Under the pieces are notes generated by a model. That model saw nothing but the letters and a program-made list of their open reading frames with translations, made no database searches and was not told the DNA's origin. From an uncultured Pseudomonadales bacterium (GTDB lineage Bacteria; Pseudomonadota; Gammaproteobacteria; Pseudomonadales; Azotimanducaceae), in assembly GCA_937775265.1 (NCBI GenBank), contig CALKBV010000002.1, positions 118,538 through 182,537 of the forward strand: DNA of 64,000 nucleotides. The letters are read 5' to 3'. A program made the position numbers and the translations under genes. Numbering within the stretch: the first letter of the stretch is position 1; each line of letters starts with the position of its first letter. Below, piece by piece: positions 42,643-52,336 of the stretch.

Positions 42643-44847
42643 ATGCACCAAGCACCCACTGTACTGCTTGTTCTAGCCACACTATTCATCGCCGCTTGCT
42701 CAGAAGCGCCAGAAGCGCCGGAGCTCGCAGAGACGGCCAAAGAAGCCCAGGCGATATCTGCTATCGGGCAGATTGATGATGCTCGCATCAACAATGCTGA
42801 CTCCGAACCAGGAAATTGGTTGGCTCATGGGCGCACCTATGAAGAACAACGCTTTTCTCCCCTTAAGCAGATCAACAAAGAAACCGTAAAAGACCTTGGC
42901 CTGGCCTGGTACAAGGATATGGACACAAACCGAGCACTCGAATCAACGCCGATCGTGGTCGACGGCATTATGTTTTTCACCAGCACCTGGAGCCGGGTGT
43001 ATGCCATCGACGCCGTCACGGGGGAAGAAAAGTGGTCCTACGATCCCCAAGTGCCTCGCGAGTGGGGTCGTCGTGGATGCTGTGATGTCGTCAATCGCGG
43101 CGTTGCTGTGTACAAAGGAAAGGTCTACTTCGGCAGTTTCGACGGGCGTCTAATTTCGCTGGACGCAACCACCGGTGAAAAAGTCTGGGAAGTGGACACT
43201 ATTACCGACCGGGACCGTTATTATACCGTCACCGGGGCCCCGCGCGTAGCCAACGGCAAAGTATTTATTGGTAACGGCGGCGCTGAATTTGGCGTTCGGG
43301 GGTATGTCACCGCCTATGATGCAAACACCGGTGAGGAAGTGTGGCGCTTTTTTACTGTCCCGGGGGATCCGTCTAAACCCTTTGAAGGCGAGGCGCAGAA
43401 ACTCGCAGCGGCAACCTGGAAAGGTACAAATTACTGGGAATACGGTGGCGGTGGTACCGTTTGGAACTCGATTGTTTACGATCCAGACCTGAACTCACTA
43501 TATCTTGGCGTCGGAAACGGCTCGCCCTGGACTCGAGAGATCCGCTCGCCTGGGGGCGGTGATAATTTGTTTCTTTCGTCGGTTGTTGCGCTTGATGCTG
43601 ATACCGGGGACTACAAATGGCATTACCAAACCACACCGGGCGACAACTGGGATTACACGGCTGTTCAAGATATCGCCCTAGCCGATATGGAGATAGATGG
43701 GGTCGAGCGAAAAGTCTTGCTGCAGGCGCCCAAGAATGGTTTCTTCTATGTGCTTGACCGCAACGATGGCACCCTGCTTAAAGCGAACCCCTTTGCCGCA
43801 GTGACGTGGGCGTCGCATATAGATATGGACACCGGGCGACCTGTGGAAGTTGAGGCTAATGCCTACGATAAGGAAGCGCAGTGGGTGCTGCCTGGTCCGT
43901 TGGGTGCGCACAATTGGCAAGCCATGTCGATCGACGTGAAAGCCGGTATTGCCTATTTGCCGGTTCAGGAAAACGCCCTCATCTACGCCATGTCGGATGA
44001 ATACCATAAAACGGGGCTCTACAAACGGCACCCTGGCCGCTTTAACCTTGGTCTTGAATTTGGGCGCATTGCCCAACTCTTTGTGGACAACATTGGTGAG
44101 CAACCAAAGGTCCGGGGATATCTTAAAGCGTTTAATTTTTTGACCGGTGAAGAAAAATGGGCTGTTGAATTCCCCCATTACTGGAATGGTGGGGTACTCG
44201 CGACAGAAGGGGAATTAGTCTTTCAGGGTAACGTGCTTGGCATGTTCGCGGCCTATGATACAGAAACGGGGGAAGTGCTCTGGGACTTCAATACTTACGT
44301 TTCCATGCTCGCGCCGCCCATCACTTACCAAATTGATGGCATACAGTACGTGTCTATCCTGACTGGTACGGGCGGCGGGGATCTGTTTTCAGGCGCGCCC
44401 ATTGACCCAGCGGCAAACCCAGCGTCGCTTACCTACAGCAATACCGGCCGATTACTGGTGTTCAAACTGGGCGGTTCTGAAAGTCTGCCATCCCCCACCT
44501 TGCGTGATATGACCATTCCTGAGCAACAATTAGCAGCTGTCAGTGATGAAGATTTGGCAAAAGGTGAAGTGCTTTATCATGACTTTTGTGCGCCCTGCCA
44601 TGGGTTGATCGTGCGCTCGGGTGGGGTTATCGCCGATCTGCGAATGATGGGCGCAGAGTCACATACCAATTTTGATGCCATTGTGCTTGGGGGGCTGCTG
44701 TCTGGTGCTGGTATGGCGTCTTTTGCAGATTCCTTAACATCTGATGATACGGCGCTGATTCACGACTATGTAAAAGCAAGGGCTCACGAAGACCGTGGTT
44801 TAGCGATGGGTGAACCCGACGCCGGCCGGTTGACGTGGCTTAAGTAA
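42643..44847 (+). CDS. PQQ-dependent quinohemoprotein alcohol dehydrogenase (type II, C-terminal cytochrome c domain)
   Basis: It has an 8-bladed PQQ propeller with the vicinal Cys pair (GCCDVVNRG) and W-docking repeats. The C-terminal domain has the heme site CAPCHG. The start is set at MHQAPTVLLVLATLFIAAC (signal/lipobox). Confidence 0.88.
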   Translation: MHQAPTVLLVLATLFIAACSEAPEAPELAETAKEAQAISAIGQIDDARINNADSEPGNWLAHGRTYEEQRFSPLKQINKETVKDLGLAWYKDMDTNRALESTPIVVDGIMFFTSTWSRVYAIDAVTGEEKWSYDPQVPREWGRRGCCDVVNRGVAVYKGKVYFGSFDGRLISLDATTGEKVWEVDTITDRDRYYTVTGAPRVANGKVFIGNGGAEFGVRGYVTAYDANTGEEVWRFFTVPGDPSKPFEGEAQKLAAATWKGTNYWEYGGGGTVWNSIVYDPDLNSLYLGVGNGSPWTREIRSPGGGDNLFLSSVVALDADTGDYKWHYQTTPGDNWDYTAVQDIALADMEIDGVERKVLLQAPKNGFFYVLDRNDGTLLKANPFAAVTWASHIDMDTGRPVEVEANAYDKEAQWVLPGPLGAHNWQAMSIDVKAGIAYLPVQENALIYAMSDEYHKTGLYKRHPGRFNLGLEFGRIAQLFVDNIGEQPKVRGYLKAFNFLTGEEKWAVEFPHYWNGGVLATEGELVFQGNVLGMFAAYDTETGEVLWDFNTYVSMLAPPITYQIDGIQYVSILTGTGGGDLFSGAPIDPAANPASLTYSNTGRLLVFKLGGSESLPSPTLRDMTIPEQQLAAVSDEDLAKGEVLYHDFCAPCHGLIVRSGGVIADLRMMGAESHTNFDAIVLGGLLSGAGMASFADSLTSDDTALIHDYVKARAHEDRGLAMGEPDAGRLTWLK

Positions 44848-44853
44848 GCAGGG

Positions 44854-45414
44854 CTAGCCCGGTACAGGCTTAGCCGGCAGGTGACGGGGTGGTGCGCGGT
44901 TGAAGCGAATATTCACTTCCTCGTCTGAAGCGCCAGTGACTGAGTTCTCACCGGCGTATCCCGAAACCGCATCACCCTCTTCACTGGGGGTCATTAGATT
45001 TCGCGACAGCGTCCCGTTAAGCTCTTGCCCTTCCTCGATTGCAGAGGCTGCCGCTTCTGCCGTTTCCGCCGCTGCCTCAGACCACTCGACCCGATGCGCG
45101 CGCGGCGGCCCAATCGGCAGATCTGCCTCGTCGAGCGCTCGCACCCAGTAGTATATGTAGCCTGGGTTTCTGTCCTCTTTCTTTCGTTCCTCAATAGAAA
45201 CCCACAATAGACGGAATTGCTCAGGCAGCGGCTGCGTTGATGCCCAACCGGACATCGCCTGAAAGCCAAACCAGGTAACCATATAAAAGCAAGTCGTGAC
45301 AACAATTGCTGCGACCTTCACTCGGGGCGCATGACTGGTTTTCAGGTTAAAGTTCAATAACAGCGCGGCCACAGCGACATAGGCAACAGACAACATCACC
45401 ACAGCGTTGACCAT
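44854..45414 (-). CDS. Membrane protein, third gene of the MotA/ExbB-like operon (function unknown)
   Basis: The 186-aa ORF has two N-terminal TM helices, an acidic Ala-rich segment and a Pro-rich tail. Its ATG shares one nt with the TGA of the upstream gene. Confidence 0.6.
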   Translation of the reverse strand: MVNAVVMLSVAYVAVAALLLNFNLKTSHAPRVKVAAIVVTTCFYMVTWFGFQAMSGWASTQPLPEQFRLLWVSIEERKKEDRNPGYIYYWVRALDEADLPIGPPRAHRVEWSEAAAETAEAAASAIEEGQELNGTLSRNLMTPSEEGDAVSGYAGENSVTGASDEEVNIRFNRAPPRHLPAKPVPG

Positions 45415-46034
45415 CAGGATTTATCCAGAACCAAGGTCAGAAGTCGCTTCTGGAGTTCATTCGTACCTACAACTTCACCGGCACTATCGAGCCGAAATCG
45501 CACTGCGGTTTGCTCATCCCCTGTCCCCTTGAGAAGTCGTGTACCGTAGTAAACCAATGATACTTCAGGGTTCAGTTTTTCGACTTTAACGGTGACGGGC
45601 AAGCTTTCATCATAGTTAGATTGGTAGTGCAGCAGGTTCACCACATACTCTCCACTCTGCAGCGCCCGCACCGTAACAGTTTCCTGGTTAATCGGGTTCA
45701 ATACCTCTTTCCCGTCGAGGGTGACGCGATCGGCTACTAGCCCGCGATCGTCCCTGTCCAGGTGCATCAGTTCACCATCACGATTGTGGTACCAGACAAC
45801 TTCACCATGCGGGCCTTCCACTAACGCGTCAACGTCGTCCGGATGACCATCAGCCCAGCGCACGGTAATGAGCATCTCCGCCTTCGAATCGATCTTGCCC
45901 GCATCTTCAGGATCATTGATCAGCATAAACGCTATGATGAACATCATGGCGAATCCAAGCAGCGCATTAAACAGAAGGTCAGTGAAGGCGTCACTTGATG
46001 TGCTGCCACTTAAAGCTCTATGTCTCATCGACAC
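45414..46034 (-). CDS. Single-pass membrane protein with a MotB/ExbD/TolR-like TM Asp and an unknown periplasmic domain
   Basis: AFTDLLFNALLGFAMMFIIAFML places an Asp at the cytoplasmic end of the TM helix, as in MotB, ExbD and TolR. The roughly 160-aa beta-rich C-terminal domain has no OmpA-like motif that I can see. It overlaps the upstream gene by 17 nt. Confidence 0.55.
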   Translation of the reverse strand: MSMRHRALSGSTSSDAFTDLLFNALLGFAMMFIIAFMLINDPEDAGKIDSKAEMLITVRWADGHPDDVDALVEGPHGEVVWYHNRDGELMHLDRDDRGLVADRVTLDGKEVLNPINQETVTVRALQSGEYVVNLLHYQSNYDESLPVTVKVEKLNPEVSLVYYGTRLLKGTGDEQTAVRFRLDSAGEVVGTNELQKRLLTLVLDKS

Positions 46035-46674
46035 CTAATCCAACACGGGTCTCAACATGAGTCGACACGCGATTAGCAAGATCGACGGCTGCTGAATCCA
46101 GCACATGATATTGGAATCGAAGTAATGTGCTGGAGACAAGACCGGCGAGCGTGGTGTAAAGGGCGACAGCCATGCCACCACTCATGCTGGCCAGCAGGCG
46201 CTGCATCACCGCTCCGTCAAAATCCTTGATGTCCGCCACCGGCAGGAGCATGAAGATGAAACCGATAATCGTTCCAAGCAGACCCAATCTGAGCAGCACA
46301 TCGGTGGCAAAATGCCCAAAGGCGTGTCTGTTCATGAGCTGGTCATAATACAGGCTGAGGAGCCGTTCTCTGCGAGCCCCACCAAGACTAGATTCCAATC
46401 TGTCAATCAAATCCGACGTAAGACTGGCGGTGCCGGACGAAACCGAACCGCCATCCAGCGTTGCGGCATCATTAATGTCCCGAGAGAGTAACCAACCCAC
46501 CCAAACCCAATGCATGGTTAATGCTATATACATCGCAAGAATTACAGATGAAAGGTAACTTCGATCGGCGCTGACAAAAAGGTCAACAAAACCATATTGA
46601 AAGGCCAGGAAAACACCGAAAGAGATTACGCCCAACAAAACCAGCATGCGCAGAAGCAATAAATGTCGATACAC
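46018..46674 (-). CDS. MotA/TolQ/ExbB-family proton channel protein
   Basis: The 218-aa ORF has 4 TM segments. The C-terminal TM pair (LGLLGTIIGFIFML ... MSGGMAVALYTTLAGLVSSTLL) matches the family signature. Confidence 0.7.
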   Translation of the reverse strand: MYRHLLLLRMLVLLGVISFGVFLAFQYGFVDLFVSADRSYLSSVILAMYIALTMHWVWVGWLLSRDINDAATLDGGSVSSGTASLTSDLIDRLESSLGGARRERLLSLYYDQLMNRHAFGHFATDVLLRLGLLGTIIGFIFMLLPVADIKDFDGAVMQRLLASMSGGMAVALYTTLAGLVSSTLLRFQYHVLDSAAVDLANRVSTHVETRVGLGVDET

Positions 46675-46808
46675 AGGGAATCACAGCTATTGGAATACCC
46701 GTAAGCATAACAGAACTTCTATGAGTCAATAATGAGGGGTTGACGATACCTGTGGATACTGACAAATAGACTCGTCAGAATTGACGGAATTGACCGATCA
46801 AAACATAC

Positions 46809-46950
46809 AAACGCCATCGATTTCCTCTGGATTTCATTGCTTACGCTGCCTGGCTCTACTATCGATTCAATCTCAGTCACCGTGATATTGAAGATCTTCT
46901 AGCCGAGCAAGGTATGACTGCCAGTCACGAATCAATTCGGCGCTATAGGC
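46809..46950 (+). mobile_element. IS6-family transposase N-terminal remnant
   Basis: The translation KRHRFPLDFIAYAAWLYYRFNLSHRDIEDLLAEQGMTASHESIRRY matches the HTH region of IS6/IS26-type transposases (AVWLYYRF.LS.RD.E.LLAERG..VS.ESI.RW). There is no start codon, DDE domain or terminal IRs. Confidence 0.6.
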
Positions 46951-46988
46951 ATCAGAAGATTGAAACGAAAACACCGAGTTTGTTTTCG

Positions 46989-48278
46989 CTACTTGCTTCC
47001 CACGCGGGCTAGATCATCGGCAAGGTAATACCCCGCTCGCCAGTAGTGGAACGCCGCCCACAGGTTCACAAACCCCCAGGCAAAAAGGCTATAGCGCAGA
47101 GCATCACTATTAAAAGTGCCAACAAGCATGTCAGAAAGAAATCCAACAGCCGGTGGGCCAAATACAAAACCGATAAAGTTCAGAACAAACAACAACACTG
47201 CGGCGGCGACAGCTCGCATGCGCACCGGGGCAAGCCCCTGGACTTGAGCGAACGTCGTGCCCTGGTAGAAGTTGCCAAGCATAATAGGAAAGCTGAGCAA
47301 CAACAGCGAAAGCCACCAGACATCAACCATGAATGCTGCAGCACTAAAGGGAACGGCCACGAGTAAGGCAAGAGTCACAACCCATAAATACCAACGCGTA
47401 TCTTTGGCACCAAAGCGGTCTGAAAGCCATCCGCCAGCAACAATACCGATCCCACCGGGAATTCCAAGTACCAACCCGAGCCAGAAACCTGCTTCGGTGA
47501 GGCTCATATCGTAGCTGCGAACGAAAAAAGTGGGCGCCCAGGTAACAAGACCGTAGCCAACGAAAGCAGTTAAACCTCCGCCCGTTGCCAAGTGTAAAAA
47601 CGAACGACGGGTAGCCAGGTACCGGGCCACTTCCAAAATAGTAGGGTTTTTCTCCGCTGAGTTAGTCTGCACGCCATCGGCATGCCCACGAGGTGGTTCC
47701 TTTACCGTCAGGAACACCACAAATGAGAGCAACAGACCCGGTATACCGACGACAAAAAATGCTATACGCCAGCCAAATGCATCGGCAATGGCACCACCGG
47801 CAAACATACCAAACATGATGCCTATCGGAATGCCCAGGGCATAGATACTCAGCGCTGTCGCTCGCTCTTTAGCTGGATAAAGGTCCGCCAGCATCGAGTG
47901 CGCAGATGGACTACATCCGGCTTCACCTATACCCACACCAATGCGCGCGACTGCCAGCTGCCAGAAGTTCATCGCAAAACCTGACAAAGCCGTCATGCCA
48001 CTCCAAACGGCCAACGACAGACCGATAAGGTTGCGCCTGTTCCAGCGGTCTGCGACAAGTGCCAGGGGCATTCCTAACGTCGCATAGAAAATGGCGAAGG
48101 CAGTCCCGGACAATAGTCCCATACCGAAATCGGATATGCCTAGATCTGTTTTTATCGGCTCGATAAGGATCGAGAGTATTTGTCGATCGATAAAGTTAAA
48201 GGTGTAAACGACGACTAAAACGCCAAGCGTGTAGCGCTTTACATTTTCACTAATGAGGGGCTGCGATACTTCAGACAA
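46989..48278 (-). CDS. MFS transporter (Spinster-like)
   Basis: The 429-aa ORF has 12 TM segments and the N-terminal motif VYTFNFIDRQILSIL. It is a paralogue of the partial gene at the window end. Confidence 0.8.
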   Translation of the reverse strand: MSEVSQPLISENVKRYTLGVLVVVYTFNFIDRQILSILIEPIKTDLGISDFGMGLLSGTAFAIFYATLGMPLALVADRWNRRNLIGLSLAVWSGMTALSGFAMNFWQLAVARIGVGIGEAGCSPSAHSMLADLYPAKERATALSIYALGIPIGIMFGMFAGGAIADAFGWRIAFFVVGIPGLLLSFVVFLTVKEPPRGHADGVQTNSAEKNPTILEVARYLATRRSFLHLATGGGLTAFVGYGLVTWAPTFFVRSYDMSLTEAGFWLGLVLGIPGGIGIVAGGWLSDRFGAKDTRWYLWVVTLALLVAVPFSAAAFMVDVWWLSLLLLSFPIMLGNFYQGTTFAQVQGLAPVRMRAVAAAVLLFVLNFIGFVFGPPAVGFLSDMLVGTFNSDALRYSLFAWGFVNLWAAFHYWRAGYYLADDLARVGSK

Positions 48279-48806
48279 TGGGATACCTAATAAATATGAG
48301 GAGTTACGAACAATGTTATACGGAGATAGTATGAATTAACTACGATTCCGTAAAGGTTACCCCCCTATCTTACTCCCCCAATTCATCCTGCCAACCCAGC
48401 GTTCCGATGGATTCTTAGTTCAAACGCCAAGACATCGACCTGATTTTCGCAGAACGAACCACTTTCACGACCACCTCATGCCGCCAGGTAGAGACAGACT
48501 TTACCGGTAAGATGCAGCAGTAGCCCGGCAAATATCGAGCGCCTGCCGCTTGGCGGCATGTTGGCAGTGGCAATCAGTCTTTTACTGCTACTTCGATCAG
48601 CCCGATAACGACTGGAATTGTGTTCAGAAGGATGTCTTCATACATGCTGTCTTCCTGCTTATAGTTATGGTTTTAGGTTGTTCCAAGAAACAACAAAATC
48701 TCTTTCTTGCGTTATTACACTTTAACCTGCTAACTGCGCCTGAAATAACTTTCGTCTACCTGTCAAACCTACACTCGACAGAACCAGATTAAATTGAGCA
48801 CCGTTG

Positions 48807-50165
48807 ATGGATCGCACCACATTAAAAGAACTGCTAACGCTCGCTTACCCGATGATTATCTCTCAGGGTGCGTTTGCAGTCATGATCTTTACTGATCGTT
48901 ACTTCATGTCACTGGTTAGTCCAACCCATATGGGGGCATCACTCGGCGGCGGCGTAGCATCGTTTTTTTGCATGTCGCTGTTTATTGGCGTTCTGTCCTA
49001 TGGCAACGCGTTGACCGCACAATATTTTGGTCAAAAGCAATTCGACAAGTGCAGCCGTGTGGTGACTCAGGGACTACTTTTAACACTTTTTTTTGCGCCT
49101 TTACTCGTCGCTATCGGCTACCTCATCCTGGGTTCATTTGAGTTCATGGGTCATGCCCCGGAGCAGGTGGTACTTGCGCAGCAGTACTTTATTATTCTGA
49201 TCTGGGGCGCCAGCTTCAGTCTGGCCAAAACATGCATCGCCTCGTACTTTTCAGGAATCGGTCGAACCTACATTGTTATGATTGCGGACACCGCGGGTGT
49301 TGCGATTAACATTCCACTTACCTGGGCACTGATCTTCGGCTTCGGCGAAGTCCCGGCACTGGGAATCGCCGGTGCTGCTTATGCCACCATTATCAGTTCA
49401 TTAATTAGTCTATTGATCTTCTGCTACTTCTATCTTGAGCCGCATCATGCCAGCAGTTTTATGGTAAGGCGATCGTTCCAGCTAGACCGGGGTATTCTGC
49501 GCCGGTTTGTGCGCCTTGGGTTTCCTTCTGGCATTGAAATGTTTCTTAACGTTGCCGCCTTTAACTTGTTTCTGCTTATGTTCCAGTCCTACGGGATTAC
49601 CGAATCTGCATCTGCAGCAATAGTGTTCAACTGGGATATCGTTTCTTTCGTGCCGATGATCGGACTCAACGTCGCGATTATCAGTTTAATTGGCCGATAT
49701 ATTGGGGCGGGTGATATGACACTCATGAGTCAGGTGATTCGGATTAGCTTTATGCTTGGCCTGGGCTACTCCAGCATCCTGGCGCTGTTGTTTTATTTGG
49801 GCCGAGAACCCCTGGTGGCAATTTTTCTGACAACCGGTAGTTCAAGCGAAATTCAAACACTCGCCTCTTTTATGATGATTGGTTTAGCGACCTACGTAAT
49901 GGCCGATGCAACTATTCTGATTGCCGGCGGTGTACTTCGAGGTGCTGGTGATACACGTTGGTTGATGTGGGCGAGCGTGCTGATTCACTGGTTGATGCTG
50001 GCCGTGCAGTACTTTGTGATTAAAGTATGGGAGTTAGGGCCGAAAGTTTCCTGGGTTGTGTTCGTCGCAATGATCCTGATGACAGCTATTATATATTTGC
50101 TGCGGCTAACAAGTTCGCGCTGGCGAACACCAGAAGCTTTTGCCAGAGTCATGTCAGAACATTAG
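48807..50165 (+). CDS. MATE-family efflux transporter
   Basis: The ORF is about 452 aa with 12 TM segments and the N-terminal LLTLAYPMIISQG. The start is ATG 48807 or TTG 48804. Confidence 0.85.
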   Translation: MDRTTLKELLTLAYPMIISQGAFAVMIFTDRYFMSLVSPTHMGASLGGGVASFFCMSLFIGVLSYGNALTAQYFGQKQFDKCSRVVTQGLLLTLFFAPLLVAIGYLILGSFEFMGHAPEQVVLAQQYFIILIWGASFSLAKTCIASYFSGIGRTYIVMIADTAGVAINIPLTWALIFGFGEVPALGIAGAAYATIISSLISLLIFCYFYLEPHHASSFMVRRSFQLDRGILRRFVRLGFPSGIEMFLNVAAFNLFLLMFQSYGITESASAAIVFNWDIVSFVPMIGLNVAIISLIGRYIGAGDMTLMSQVIRISFMLGLGYSSILALLFYLGREPLVAIFLTTGSSSEIQTLASFMMIGLATYVMADATILIAGGVLRGAGDTRWLMWASVLIHWLMLAVQYFVIKVWELGPKVSWVVFVAMILMTAIIYLLRLTSSRWRTPEAFARVMSEH

Positions 50166-50369
50166 TCTTACAATGGTTCACGAAACTGCACAGTGAATGC
50201 GCCACTAAAGTGAAATCGCAGTGCCGCCACGTTCAGCAAATAGAGTCTGTACAACTTGATGGCTGAGATTGAATCGACGCACTCAGAATTTCCCTACAAT
50301 GAAACCGGTAAATTGTTGCACAAAAGTTGTTAGGAAATGGAACAGGAATGAAGGACTGGTCAGCACCAG

Positions 50370-50771
50370 TTACGCGGGTTCGAAATAAAGTAGCGTTGCG
50401 CTGTTTTGTAGATGGAAAACGGGTTTTACTGCCATGCCGATGATCAACGCCTCTGGCGCAACATTGATCATTACCGAATTCAGCCGAACACCTTCGTTCA
50501 GTTCGACAACGACAATCAGTTGAGGAATATCATCAGCAAATTGCGGTGCAGTTGGTCTGCGTGCCACTGTGTAACTGTAAAGGGTGCCGTTACCCGTAAC
50601 CTCCGTCCAGGTAAGGTTGGGTGAGAGACAGCCATTGCAATGACTACGCGGATAGAAAACCCAGGCGGCGCAGTCGTTGCACTGTTGCAATGTCACCTGA
50701 TGATTAGCCAATCCCTTCCAGAAAGGTTCGCTATTCGGAGTAGGAATAGGTAACGGTCTATTCGACTCCAT
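50370..50771 (-). CDS. Zn-ribbon/OB-fold protein (DUF35), thiolase partner
   Basis: It has a CNDC...CNGC rubredoxin-like ribbon followed by an OB fold. It lies immediately downstream of the thiolase-like gene. Confidence 0.8.
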   Translation of the reverse strand: MESNRPLPIPTPNSEPFWKGLANHQVTLQQCNDCAAWVFYPRSHCNGCLSPNLTWTEVTGNGTLYSYTVARRPTAPQFADDIPQLIVVVELNEGVRLNSVMINVAPEALIIGMAVKPVFHLQNSATLLYFEPA

Positions 50772-50772
50772 G

Positions 50773-51975
50773 TTACGCGCCCTCCAGGATTATCGCGGAC
50801 TGCTCACTCATAATGCCACCGGTGCCAGTGATCAGCGCAGCATTGCAGTTAGCAATCTGACGGCCATCAGCCCTACCCATTATTTGTCGGACACCTTCAA
50901 CGGGCTGTGACATACCACCCGCCATCCCTGCAGCTTGCCCCGCGCCTAGTTGTCCACCGTGAGTATTGACCGGGAAACTACCACTGAAAGTCAGGTCGTT
51001 CTCATTGACGAAAGCGGTGCCTTCTCCCTTGCTACAAAACCCTGAGTCTTCAATCGTTAAAAGCACCGTAATGGTGTAACAGTCGTAAGCTTCAAGCACA
51101 TCAACATCTTTTGGCTTTTTCCCGGACATCGCGAAAGCACCTGCTGCTGCTGGTCCAACCGGCGATACCGTCATGTCCTCGGCATAGGTTACAGACCTAG
51201 TTGTCAGCCGCTCGCCGAACCCTGTCACAAAGACCGGCCGATGTTTGCACTTTTTAGCCAAACGCTCACTAACTACAACGACTGCACTTCCTCCTGCACA
51301 CGGCATGACAATTTCAAGAATGTGTAGCGGGTCTGCAATCATCTTGCTCTGCAGTACATCATCTATGGTAATCGGTTCACCATAGAAGACTGCATTGGGA
51401 TTGCCTTGGGCGTTGGTCCGCTGATCGACCGCTATTTTTGCCAGGGCCCGTTCATCATAACCATAGATGGCGGCATAGCGCTGCGCGATTAGCGCGTAAC
51501 CGGCATTTTGCGCGACATTGCCATAAGGTACGTCATACTCTGCTTGCGGCGAACCCCATTTGGCACTAGTAGATCCATAGACTCGGGTCGGATCTTTGGG
51601 TGGTGGGTTTGGATGGGATGGGATCGGTAATCCAGGTGCGGCGCAGACAACGGCTTCGCAGATTCCCATTTCAATCGCGGCGGCAGCGCGCCAGATCATG
51701 CTGACAGGGGATGCCCCGCCAAGATCAACCGTTTCTGCGAAGTTGACCTGCAAGCCCAGATACTCAGCGATGGTCGCCGGGGCAAACATGGTGGACTCGG
51801 GAATCGCTGCGCAACACAGACCATCAACATCTTGTTTGCTGAGCCCAGCATCTGCGAGTGCCAATTGGGTAAGTTCTGCCCACTGCTCCAGGAAGAACTT
51901 CCGTTTGCCCGTGTACTTCCGAACATTCTTGTAATCTGCGACACCGGTTACAGCCGCACGACCCTTTAGACCCAT
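50773..51975 (-). CDS. Thiolase-like (SCP-x type) acetyl-CoA acyltransferase
   Basis: It has a thiolase fold (N-terminal GRAAVTGV, C-terminal NTHGG). The start is set at the second Met, which is preceded by a GAGGA SD. Confidence 0.8.
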   Translation of the reverse strand: MGLKGRAAVTGVADYKNVRKYTGKRKFFLEQWAELTQLALADAGLSKQDVDGLCCAAIPESTMFAPATIAEYLGLQVNFAETVDLGGASPVSMIWRAAAAIEMGICEAVVCAAPGLPIPSHPNPPPKDPTRVYGSTSAKWGSPQAEYDVPYGNVAQNAGYALIAQRYAAIYGYDERALAKIAVDQRTNAQGNPNAVFYGEPITIDDVLQSKMIADPLHILEIVMPCAGGSAVVVVSERLAKKCKHRPVFVTGFGERLTTRSVTYAEDMTVSPVGPAAAGAFAMSGKKPKDVDVLEAYDCYTITVLLTIEDSGFCSKGEGTAFVNENDLTFSGSFPVNTHGGQLGAGQAAGMAGGMSQPVEGVRQIMGRADGRQIANCNAALITGTGGIMSEQSAIILEGA

Positions 51976-52336
51976 CAGAACAATTCCTCTCATCGAGAGG
52001 AGGTACTATCGCAGAAAGATATTGAGATGACGAGGCTGTCATCCCGCCTGGATGTCTCGCAAAAAACCTTGCTGGTACGGGGATTAACTTATGGTTACTC
52101 AGCAATCGTATATTTATTCGCGCGGTCAATTTCGAACATAACAGCCTTTATCTCAAATTTCCGCTCGTTGTTACCATATTGGTAATTAATACCCACCATT
52201 TTAGTAGTTAATATCCACAAAACCCTTAGCACTGCAGCAATCGCGTCTACATTCATCAAATTAAGTACCATATTGGTGGATTTGTCAGGCCGATAAAGAT
52301 ACATTGCGCGACACCGCAAAGGGGGAGAAAAACATT

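Noticed and set aside
43678-44178. 166-aa minus-strand ORF
   Set aside because: It is antisense to the PQQ dehydrogenase propeller region.
48279-48803. 525-bp gap between the MFS and MATE genes, checked for a regulator pseudogene (minus-strand fragments such as MYEDILLNTIPVVIGLIEVAVKD)
   Set aside because: Only short broken frames are present and none has a recognisable motif. It is left unannotated.
52000-52336. Possible cobalamin or other riboswitch, or Fur box, upstream of the TonB-dependent receptor
   Set aside because: I found no B12-box-like (GCCACTG) or Fur-box-like (GATAATGATAATCATTATC) sequence by eye. The region is simply AT-rich.
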